Of a stretch of 64,000 bases of DNA, positions 36,199 through 49,858 are shown in pieces. The position numbers and the translations under genes were made by a program. Origin of the DNA: Hormiphora californensis. Taxonomy: Eukaryota; Animalia; Ctenophora. Location of the stretch: contig CM035360.1 of the NCBI GenBank assembly GCA_020137815.1, forward strand, positions 1,240,001-1,304,000, given 5' to 3'. Positions within the stretch are counted from its first letter, which is position 1; every line of letters starts with the position of its first letter. Below the pieces are notes generated by a model. The model had not been told where the DNA came from, did no database searches, and saw only the letters and a program-made list of their open reading frames with translations.

Positions 36199-39100
36199 TG
36201 AGAGAGAGAAAGAGAGAGAGCGAGAGAGAGAGAGAGAGAGAGATATGCTAGGAAAATGAGAGGGAGAGAGATTCTTGCTGGGGGTAGGAGCTTAGACCGC
36301 TATTATCCTCTCTGCTTGAGAGCTTCTCAACTTATAGGAACAAGGAGTATAGTGAGGAAAGATAGATAGATAGATAAATGGAGAGAGAGAGAAAAGTAGA
36401 TAGATAGGCCTAACTCCCATCACGGTAACCAACACACTCTCATTGGAACCTAAACTGTTATTCCTAATTTTTCAACAAAAAAAGAACGGTCTTGGCCAAA
36501 GGAATTCAAAAATATTCAGTGTTCTTCATGTTGAATTCAAAGTATTGTCTTTCAAATCCATTTATCCCTCACCTTCTACATACTGCACCAAACATTCTAT
36601 ACAATTCACATTTTCGGTATCGGTTTGATTTTTAGGTCTTTAGGACGCACCCATTATTATTTCCCAAAACGTATTCTCTCACTTCATCTAGGACTCCATG
36701 TCAATATATCAACTCGTCATGATATAATTTCACGATATCAGATATATATTAAGATCACGTCGAGTCCTCCATTCTCTATATTAATTATCCTGCTTGATAT
36801 TATTCAATATATCTCTCGTGCACGAGAAATATCTAGAAAGAAATAGAGATTGGCATTTTCGATACTTGTCACTACTTCCCCGCTAGGTCTGTTTTGATCA
36901 AGGTGTTCTCTTACTCGAGAAAGAAAGAGAGAAATGAGAAGATAGATCGAGATAGAGAGATGGAGAGATAGAGATATGATAGATAGATCCAGGATCGGGG
37001 ATCCTATAGTCTCTCACTATTTCTTCTTTTTTTCTCTCGATCCCCTTCTCTGTCTAAAATTTCCACTAAACCCCTGCTCTAACTATGGGGCTCATTTAGT
37101 CCAAAAACCAATTAAATAAATTAGTTTGGATGCCCGGGCCCATTTGGTGTCACGGGGGTAAAACCTTTAGGCTACTGTCATAAATAATGGCATATCTCGT
37201 TTCTTCTTTTTTTTCTCGATCCTCTTCTCTGTCTAAAATTTCCACTAAACCCCTGCTCTAACTATGGGGCTCATTTAACACACGTCACACATTTAGAGGG
37301 CTGGCTAACTAAGTTATAGTCCTACAAAGGGAGGGGTGTTTTAATTTGGTTGCCTACAAATCATTGACCACTAGTTAAGTATAGTACCTACCTAGTCACT
37401 AGTCAGTAGTCAGTGAGTAAAATGAGTGAATGTAGCCTTGGCAACCCGGTACCTTTTTCTGACCCCCCTCCCCCCTCGGCTAATATTATTTTATTATCGA
37501 TAAGACATATTCTTTTATGTGCATTTTAGTTGTACTCAACATTATTATCATGTAGGTACCCACCTTTTCCAAGTTTTGTCCTCTAGTACCAGAACAGCAT
37601 GAGAGTTCAGAAAACACAAGACTCCGACCTCCGTTTTTTCCACTTCGTCTTTTCACGGTGTTTTTCTCAAACTAGGAAATTGATGTTCTCCTCTACACAG
37701 ACCACAGTTTCACAAATCTGTGTAGGAAATCGAGAGGGGGTTGACAACTTAACTCAAAACTTGTTCAGCTGACTTCATTTCTGACCGCTGCAATTTTCCC
37801 CACTCTGTTCACTCTCGGTCTACTTGACGTAACGCGCGGCCCCTTATTTTCTAGAGTTGACCGCTGGAAATTGCGCAGTGGTTTGCTGCGCGCGCGGCAC
37901 CCATCCATCACGCTGGTCAATCTCAACAAGCAACACACACATATCACGTGATGAGTCATAAATCATGTGTGTGTGAGAGAAACTCCTAACAAGCAAAATA
38001 TAATATGTGACAAACACATCTCTCTCTTGACAGGCTGTTCACGTTGGATGGTGGTGTGATAGTTGGGGCCGATGAAATCACGGATGGGGGTCAGTATGTG
38101 GCCGTTGGACATCGCCGGTTTGTTCCAGGAGCGTATGGGCACGAGGCAGCCGGACCGGCTAGAGTTGCACCACAAAAGTTAGTAGTTGGGTCTTGGGACA
38201 TATGGTAGCTAGGACCTAGGTATTTGAAGGGATAGCTTAGCTGACAGCTGTAGTCTGTTTACTGATAAGTGAGAGAAAGGAACCAATTTCTAAAGGTTTT
38301 ACCCGGTTTCTAATTTACCGCCTTTTTCAGATTACCGGCAGTCAGGCGATTTAAAAATCCAACGCATGCATCGGTAGGTTGCTAAATATCATCTCTCCGA
38401 TTTTCACTTCAATGCTTCACCTATTGGAACTATTTCTCAGGGCATGAAGTCGTTACCTCAAAGATTTATTAACTTAGCAATCCCCTCTCTTCCCTCCAGC
38501 CTCGAACGAAATCAAACCCACTGCCCGGAATTCAAAACGGCAAGCCCCCAGGCAACAAGAAAAGTACCCGCTCGGAGAAGGATTCCCCTGCTCCAATCAA
38601 AGGTATAGATGATGAAGATGAAGAAGAAGTGGTTGTAGTTTCTAGGGGTAGTCAGGCTCAAATTGTTCCTGTAGTAGCGGAGGTGGGTGCCCGACCTCTC
38701 ATTCTACCCGCGAGTAGCAGCCCCCTGGCAGTTGAACAACGAGTTGAGATGTTCTCGGCTACACCAGAGTCTACTTCGGTGGTTGGGAAAGAACCGTCAA
38801 CTACCCCCACTCCACGGACCCCCAAAACAGGCTCACTTGCTCCGATTGAGGTTCTAGTGACCCCTGAAGCACAACTCCTAGACACCCCAGCTGCAGAAGA
38901 TGAGGATCTCTACACACCGTTCCCTGTCGAGGGGGAGGAGGATGAAGAGGATGAGGAGGAGACGCCAAGCCCTGCCGTCCTTACCTTCAAACTATCAGAA
39001 GAGCCGGTGCAGGACACACCAGGTCTATCTTCCAATGAGTTCCTAACACCGGGTATCCAGGATACTCCCTTCTCCTCCAACGCTCTGTCCTCCAACGCTC

Positions 39101-40789
39101 TCTCTTCTGGAGCCCTGGACACCCCACACGTCCAGGCATCTAACGCTCTCTCATCTGGAGCCCTGGACACCCTATACGTCCAGGACACCCCGGACGTCCA
39201 GAATTCTGAGGGAAACACTCCGCCGAGTGAAGGACACGATGATATGGGAGGGTATACACCGTTTGTGGAAGAAGGTGACACACTTTGCATGGATCCGCAT
39301 GTTTTATATTTAGTGTCTCAAGTGTTCTTTCTATCTTTTGTGGGGACAACGGGAACCGGGCAGAGTTCGAAAGATGGCAAACATTCCGGAGTTGAAGGGG
39401 CGGCCTAAAATACCTGGAATTTCTGTGTGAAGCTGTGTCTTGTGCTTGTTTTGTTCAAACCCTTTTTGTTATAGGGGATCGAACAAGGCAATCTTGTGCA
39501 GCTGTGAAACTTGCTGTTTAGTATCATCATTATATTGTCTGTGAATTGTCTGCGTTATTTCTTCAGTGACTGTGAATTGTAAAAGACGCACAGTTTCCCC
39601 CGAATTATTCACAACTATTATTTGTTTTTCAGAAGTTGAAGATGACGAGATTTCAAGGGAGGAAGTCCAGGTTAAAAAGAAGGGATCTCCGGCAAAATCT
39701 ACTGCCGAACAGGGCGTCACTCCAGGTATAAAGAAGAGAGAGAGAGAGAGAGAGAAAGCACGCTAAAAGACCAATGTGCTGATGCCATTTTTGACACCTT
39801 CACAGTCATTACCCATTCTTTTTATCTCCAACGATCAGTAGTGCTATTGCATCATGCACAGGCCATACAACCCTGACGGTGGTAGCTACACAACACGTGA
39901 TAGGTCGATACATGTCTTTTTGTCCTGTTTTCACGACTTCACGTGATCTGATACCATTGCACTTGTCAACCGCTGCAACAATATATCACACAGTATCGCT
40001 CCAATCATGCAGTAGTCATCCCAAAATCACACCACCGTCACACCACATTGCTGCACAATCACACCGCCGTCACACCGCATTACCCCACATACCATAATCA
40101 CACCGCCATCACACCACCGGCTACTTACCACATTACGTGTTGCTAACCCGCTGTGCTAAGATCGTGAGGTGAAGGCTGTCCCGAACAAGAGCACGTTAAG
40201 CCGAGACCCGCCTAACAAAAAGAGCACTACAGATCAACAAGACACAGTGTTCAACGCCACGGGGAAACCAGGAGGAGCGAGTGGGACCGAGGGACAGTTC
40301 CTGATGGACAATGTTAATGATGGTAAGCAATGGGTTTAGCACATTTTATTTCAGCGTTCTTTTCTTTGTTTCCGAAAATTACAGTTCTATAGTTTTATTT
40401 TACTGATCCAGCTGGTGAGAGGTGTTTTCAGATTTTGTTGTACAATATCACCACCTGTTTCCCTAATTAATTACCGATTTTCTCTCATCCCCCCTCTCTC
40501 CCCTCAGATAAGGTTGTAAATGGAAATGAAGCGGAGGAAGAAGATGAAGTAGAAGAAGACAAAAGTAAGTGACCAATGATCTGGAAATTTTGACAATTGT
40601 CAGATTGGGTAGGCTGCAGCTGAGTGCTGATCCCATTTTAAATTGTTGAATAAGGGGTGGAGAACCCCCAGGCTAAATTTAGAAACTCTACAGCTCATAA
40701 TAACGTCCCTCCCTCCCCTAGACATTAAAGAAGATAAACCAGTAGAACTTCAACAAGCGGAGGAAGTGGTCGAAGAAGAGGACCACTAA
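31160..40789 (+). CDS. DCDC2: Doublecortin-domain protein, DCDC2-like
   Basis: Exons 31160-31434, 31545-31599, 34029-34138, 35495-35573, 35869-35921, 38034-38177, 38331-38373, 38500-38602, 39633-39725, 40161-40322, 40508-40564, 40722-40789; DCX1 LRNGDNKYEG..APFGAVRRLYTP..YVAGGTERF; DCX2 VFKNG..GAVRKLFTLDG..YVAVG; C-terminus KPVELQQAEEVVEEED. Confidence 0.9.
31822..31835. promoter_or_regulatory. Perfect RFX X-box
   Basis: GTTGCCATGGCAAC palindrome in DCDC2 intron 2. Confidence 0.5.
34288..34668 (-). CDS. Nested single-exon gene for a secreted Lys/Ala-rich 126-aa protein
   Basis: ATG to TAA; signal peptide MFRFVLLALVALAVYS; strong GCC/AAG codon bias; AAKKG and KKTA repeats; lies within DCDC2 intron 3. 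Confidence 0.85.
   Translation of the reverse strand: MFRFVLLALVALAVYSAPIPDDANILKDNPLTKGVTKVAKKTKNVAVNNPVSKAAVNNPVSKAAKKGASKAAGAAKKGAGAAAGAAKKGAGAAGSAAKKGASVAKPKKAAAKKTAKKTAKKTAKKA
35246..35340 (-). mobile_element. tRNA-derived SINE head or tRNA pseudogene
   Basis: A-box TAGCTTAGTGG and degenerate B-box GGTTGAATTCC; the anticodon arm is not canonical. Confidence 0.6.
37021..37277 (+). repeat. About 77-bp direct repeat, 180 bp apart
   Basis: TTCTTCTTTTTTT..CTAACTATGGGGCTCATTTA at 37021 and 37201. Confidence 0.8.
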
Positions 40790-41223
40790 ATAGAGCGATA
40801 TATATCACCTACTCTCTCTTCCCAAAGACATTTTCCTTTCCTGAGACTCTGATATATATTTTCCAGACTGTGTGAGAGCCAGAGTTTTTAACTTTTTGAC
40901 ACAGAAAGATCTTGTTTTGGACGCGAGTGAAGCTTTTAGTTGCTAAATGTGTGTATTATGTGCTATATCAGAAGGCTGGTAAAAGAGATATTGAGATCTA
41001 GAGAAATTATTTTATTCAGTTAAATATCATCTGTCTGGCGCCGTTAGACCCTGTTTTTACAGGGTGTACAGACATACAATCGCCAGGAAGGATGTATCAT
41101 AGTTAGGCATTTAGATTTGGGCAGGAGTTTTATTTTGGCACACGCATCTGTTAATATTTTCCAAGATTGTACATGTAGAGTGAGTCGAGAATTCAGTTGC
41201 TTTCCGCAGATCATTCGTCTAAT

Positions 41224-42013
41224 TAGTAGAGTCGATAACTACATCGACCTCTCCCAATTGTTCCAGTTTTTGTCACATCTGTTTGGAGCCTCGACACGAC
41301 CTCTAAACAGGTGTTACTTTTTCACTAACTGTTTTCATCTTGGTGTAATCAGCATTTGAAATGTTGCTGATCATAACAAAAACCTAACTATTTTTTTTCA
41401 ACTTGGGGTAAAACCATGGGTGTCAAAAGTTAGCTCTAGGTCCCCTGAGTAACCATCCGGAGACTCTAAGAGATATTTCAAGCCGTTCTCGCGTAATCAT
41501 TAATCCCGGTGGAGAAAAAAATACAATGCAGACGTACGTGAGCGCTGGCAGGCTGTTTACATGTTATTGTATGTCTCTCACTCTCTCTGGAAAAACCGCA
41601 CGTGCGGTTGCGCCGCGCGAGATAACTCTTTCTCAAGGGGGAGAAAAGAGAGAGACGCACATTAACGTTATACAAAGTTGAGGTTGTAGGCAATTGCACG
41701 TACGTCCATACTCAAATATGTGCTCTATCGGGATTAATGATTACAGGAGAACGGTTTGAAATATCTCTTAGAGTCTCCGGATTGTTACTCAGGGGACCTA
41801 GAGCTAACTTTTGACACCCATGGTTTTACCCCAAGTTGAAAAAAAATAGTTAGGTTTTTGTTATGATCAGCAACATTTCAAATGCTGATTACACCAAGAT
41901 GAAAACAGTTTGTGAAAAAGTAGCACCTGTTTAGAGGTCGTGTCGAGGCTCCAAACAGATGTGATAAAAACTGGAACAATTGGGAGAGGTCGATGTAGTT
42001 ATCGACTCTACTA
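41224..42013. mobile_element. Non-autonomous DNA transposon, Academ-like
   Basis: About 255-bp TIRs with TAG..CTA termini; 3-bp flank AAT on both sides (a TA-TSD reading is also possible). Confidence 0.85.
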
Positions 42014-42992
42014 AATTTTGTCTCTTAAATTATCGATACGATAAAAGGGGTAGCACCTGGAGCAGGCAAGATAATGACGGATTTGTCTTTTAAATTCTGA
42101 ATTATAATCGTAGTGGACCATCACGATCACGTGACTATTATCGGCCACCAGGTGCGAAATAGAGCTAGAAAGGTGCGGAAAGGGACATATAAAAAAGGGG
42201 ACAATGATTTTATAAAAGCGTTCCATTATTTTATCATCACCTTTCGGCTTTCAGTGATCTGTTATAGCAGTGCTTTCCATCTCGCTCTCAACCAGATACC
42301 TCCCCCTCTCTAAACGTTTTGTCGTCTCTCTCTCTTTCTCTCTCTCTCTAGCAATGGATCGCTCCACCTGATCCCCTTCATTTCATCAAATAGTTATCAC
42401 TGCCTTGTTGTTATTTAGTGTTGCATAACCGCATCGATATTATTGATAATCCAGATACATGTGACCCGCCTAGATATATCTGGTAGGACCCCGGCCTGCC
42501 TCATTCAGCAATTCTTGGTAGACTCATTTTTTGCTCCATGATTCCGCCCAAATCGCTGCCGTCCTAGGTTTAGAAAACCCAGCTATTTGATACGGTTTGT
42601 ACTCCCTCACATGACACTGATCGCAACAGCTGTTGTGTTGTTCAAGCTGCGAGGAGACAGATGTACATTGTACATTTGTGTATAGTCTGCGCGCGAAATT
42701 ACTGACAGGCATAATAAGGATGTCGTCGCGCGTGACGCTAACAACTCATTATGGGTCTGGTAGTGCGACAAATGTATTGTCTCACTTTTACATTTGTGGA
42801 ATCTGCTGCAACACACCAGAATTCTCAAGTATAACATGCCCAGTGTTAACCTCATGGGTGGTAATTGCTGAAAATCATTTTCCCATTTCCCACAATTTCA
42901 CCACCCCAAATAATTATATCTGACTCTCAATTCACTAACTAGAAGTCAGCTTGACCCCAAGACCAGGAGATAGGAAGGGAGTTTGGCTGTCA

Positions 42993-45867
42993 ATGATTAC
43001 ATTGGTCCTGCTGGTGTTGGTAACTGTTGGCCGGGTCCAAGGTCGTATACCCCATCCCACTGACTGCTCAAGGGGACACAACCAGGTAACCTCCATATTC
43101 TTGTTTATACCAACTCCCTTTCACACAGGGCCCCCAAACCTACTGCGGTGTCCAGTATAACCAACACACCAACACACCCTCCCTGCAGGTTCAAACCTAT
43201 TGTGGTGTCCAGTATAACACCCACCTTGCAGGTTCAAACCTACTGTGGTGTCCAGTATAACACCCCCACCTTGCAGGTTCAAACCTACTGCGGTGTCCAG
43301 TATAACCAACACCCCAACCCTGCAGGTTCAAACCTACTGCGGTGTCCAGTATAACCAACACCCCATACCTGCAGGTTCAAACCTATTGCGGTGTCAGGTT
43401 CCTTTGCAAGTGTGTCAAGAACGTATCGACATACTATGACGACCTAAACCCCACCTGTGCTTACGAGCTGAATATCCATGAAAAGCTGACTACATTCGTC
43501 CCCTTTGTCCTGAATGAAGAAGAAGCCCTGAAATCCACACCTGACGTTGATCTGGAGGAAAATGAAACAGAGGAAGAGGAAGATATTTGGGATCTGATCC
43601 CTAACCCACCCGTTTATCTGGATGATGCTGAGCCAAAAAGACCAAGTAACTACCACATTACTACCACAATCACTCACTGCCCTCACCATGGCAACCGCGA
43701 AAAGAACAAGTAGAATGATGATTGTATCATAGTCGGACGCCGGTTGACTGTGTTACTGAGGGGGGTAGTTTTTAGATTGTTGAAACATACCGTAAGTTGG
43801 GGTAACTTTGTACCACTTTTTAGCATTCTCCTAAAATTACTCCTTGCTAGAACCACACTCGAAAATTTTTGAACCAAATAATCCCGTTCCAGACCCAGTA
43901 CACCAGATATAACTAGTGAAATTTTTGGTCCCCTCTCATTTGATTAGATTAATTAACACGTATTTTAGTGTAAGTGGGGTTTTAGGGCATGGGGTAACTT
44001 TGGAATGAGGGTGGGGTAACTTTGGACACATTTTGCAATGATAAATAGATGAACATAAAATGTTTAGGTTTTCGATATGAGCGTTTGTAGAGTTGCCTTA
44101 GACCCTCTCTGACTTGTTTAGGACCATATGACTAAGATTCAGCCCAATCCACACCCGTTTTCATCCATATATTCGCTAAGGTAGTGAAAAAACGAGGATT
44201 TGGTCTATTTTATGGAGCTAAATCACAAACAACCGTCCTAAAACACATCAACCTTCAATAATTTGGGGGTCCCTCATCCACCCTCTAGCTTGGTAGGTGG
44301 TATTGGCCCGCTAGGCGGCAGTATTAGTTCTTTTTACTGAATCGGTCTGCCAGGAAGTGGCCGAACACTTATGGGTACTGGCTAAATAAAGGAGTTTTGG
44401 TGCCTGTGTTCCTGCATAGATTGTCCACAAGAACTAATAGACTCGCCTAGAGGGTCAATACCATCTACCAAGCTACAGAATGGATGAGGGACCCCACATT
44501 ATTGAAGTTTGATGGGTTTCAGGTCGGATTTCTATGAATTAGCTCCATGAAGTAGAACTAATTCTGGTTTATTTACTACCTTAGCGAATAGATCGATGAA
44601 AATGGGCATGAATCGGGCTAAATCTTGGTCAGATGGTTCTAAACAAGTCAGAGAGGGTTTAAGGCAACTCTGCAGACATCAAAAGTTCAAAACATGTAGT
44701 ATGGGGTAACTTTGGCACCCCGTCCAAAGTTACCCCAAAATTCAAAATATGGTGGGGTAACATTAGCCAACCCAATTAGTCTCAATTAAAGTAATTGGTC
44801 GGATTTGAAAAATGGTGCCCCGAATTATTTGATCGAAACCCTTCCACTCTATGGAGCAAACTTGATTCGATCATTTGCCCGGTCAGATCTATGGTACCCA
44901 TTTTGATTTGAACATTTTTAGCGATTTTGACATCAATTATGTTTGACCCTAATTAGGAGCTAATTAGCATAGATTTGGAAAAATAATTGTACCGTTAGTT
45001 AGACATTTGTGGGTCAATTACTTGTACACCCAAAAAGTTTTCCAAATCTCTCGTTATCTGTTGGTAATTTTGGACTAAATCCAAATTTTGAAAGTGTCCA
45101 AAGTTACCCTGCAAAACAAAGTTACCCCAACTTACGGTATATCCTAGATACTAGATAGAAAACCCTATTTCAGTGGACCCGGACACCTTTGGGTGTGGGT
45201 GGGAGTGGGACGAGGATCTGTTGACTGTCCGACTGGCAAAGATCAAATCTCGGAATGGGCGCTGGTTGAAAGTGGGCCTACCTGGGAATATTATTGCAGT
45301 ACTCAAGGCTGTCCACTACCGCAGTAAGTGTGCAGTAGCTCTACTTTATTTTTGTCTTCTCACACTCAATTTTTATCCTAATCGTTTTGTCTTCTTTTTA
45401 CTGCAGTAAAATTTCGAGTAATCAAAACTCTGCATATTTTTGTTTATACATCGGATATTTGTTAACTAATCTCCACATTTTCTCTCCCAATTAGCAAACG
45501 GTGAGTGCCAGTATATTAACCAGCTACCATTCGATGATTGCCTTGAGCCAGCAACACCTGGACAGACCCGGGACAGAGATGAAGACCTCTTATACTTCCA
45601 AGTTAGAATATCTGATTGGAGGCTGAGAGATACAGTTATCAATACGATAGACCAAGATTACAGGATGTATTATCAAAGAAAGAGTTCCTCATGTTATAAA
45701 GGCCAAAAGGTAAGCTGTGCGACACGCAGTAGATATATATTGTCTGTCTGAGCGCACTTTTTTGAGATTTAAGACGGCGCCAGACAGTACATGTTCATTA
45801 ACGTTTCTAGGTAGATTCCTCTCCTATATATAATACTACTACTATCACCTACCAATCTCTCTTTTGA
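42993..45867 (+). CDS. Uncharacterised secreted Cys-containing protein, 5 exons
   Basis: Exons 42993-43085, 43375-43645, 45174-45323, 45495-45709, 45811-45867 join in phase; signal peptide MITLVLLVLVTVGRVQG; no family recognised; the last exon is tentative. Confidence 0.7.
43135..43395 (+). repeat. 43-49-bp tandem array of the intron 1/exon 2 junction
   Basis: Unit TATAAC..CCC..TGCAG|GTTCAAACCTAYTGYGGTGTC; AG ends at 43188, 43231, 43276, 43325, and the real site at 43374. Confidence 0.93.
43790..45137. mobile_element. pogo-like non-autonomous transposon in intron
   Basis: TIR CCGTAAGTTGGGGTAACTTTG; TA on both flanks; internal GGGGTAACTTTG motifs and an internal inverted block. Confidence 0.9.
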
Positions 45868-46689
45868 CGGAATTCCAAAGAGTGGAAACTACAATTTTAA
45901 CGAAACCCCCTCCCCTTTAGAGAGAAGATATTATCTGCCATCTGTAAAGGGAATATCAAGCTTGCTGGCTCTCTCTCAATTGACACTCTGTTGACACACC
46001 TCTGTTAACACAACGGCTCCCCTGTCACAAGCTCCCCTCGCTCCACCTCGCCGATGTGATAAAGCTGCGTTGGAAACTTTTTAAGTTATTTGGCACCCTT
46101 TCGAACTGACTCTCTCTCCGTGTGTTCTATTCTCTCTCGTTTAATGTTAAAATTGTGGTTCAATAATGCCCCATTGTTCCTCAAAATCTCAAGTTTTGTG
46201 TCACAAGAACCTAGGAAACAAACATGTCACACTGTTTTATTGTCTTTAGCCTTCCTTCGCTATCCTGCGGCAGGATTCCTGGCCTGTCTATTTGGCGTGA
46301 TTCCCCCAAACTGTTGTTACCCAACAACCAAAATGAATATATTCGACAACTGATACAAATAGCTGACAATGGTTAAAACATTTCAAACTTACTGATAATA
46401 CACATTAAAATACACATTAAAACATCGTTACACTACAAATAATCTAACATCTATTATGTAACTAGCGCACTCAAGTGGTAAAGTGCGTTTCAAACGACTT
46501 GACCTGAGATTCCTGGAAATTCAGGATTTCCCCTTTGTAAATACACGCGCAATGCGCCAAATTCCAAGAATTACGGGTCAAGTCGCTTGAAACGGACTTG
46601 ACACCTGAAGTATGGGCTGTCGATCTGACAATGCGCTACACCATGTCCCTACTATTGCACACATCTCACAAGTCAGTCTATAACTTGTC

Positions 46690-49091
<2,402 letters not shown>

Positions 49092-49286
49092 GTTATCCGC
49101 CTAGTGGGGGTAGGTAACGGTTAACCCTGGTTAAATGTGTTAATATTTACTTCTGCTTTGCTTGCTTTTGCCACATTTACGGAAAAGAAAGCAAACCAAA
49201 TTCAAAATGAAAGACGTTTAGAGTGAGAAGAAGCCGCTTGAATAACATCAGGAGGGAAGGACTCTAAAATAGACTACTACAAAGAG

Positions 49287-49355
<69 letters not shown>

Positions 49356-49585
49356 TAGAGACCGATCTTTTCACGCTCCAGATGTATGATATATAGTATA
49401 CCAACGACTAAGGAATATATTGACTCCAATAATTGAATAATAACATGGTGGGTGATGAAACCAGCTGCAGCAGTAGGTACTGGTCAGCTGAACGACCCCC
49501 TCCTTAATAGTCATAGTAATACAAGAAATATATCTCACAAACATTATGATCTCGCGAGGATCATGTCCAGTGTAATGTGGCCAGT

Positions 49586-49641
<56 letters not shown>

Positions 49642-49659
49642 GAGTGAGAGTGAGAGTGA

Positions 49660-49752
<93 letters not shown>

Positions 49753-49858
49753 TGACATATGGAAGAGGGAGGTCACAGTTGAGTCCACTTAAGATTGTTC
49801 TATGACAACTTGTCACCCTATATCGTATTACTTTGTTTAAAGACAATGAGTTGATTAA

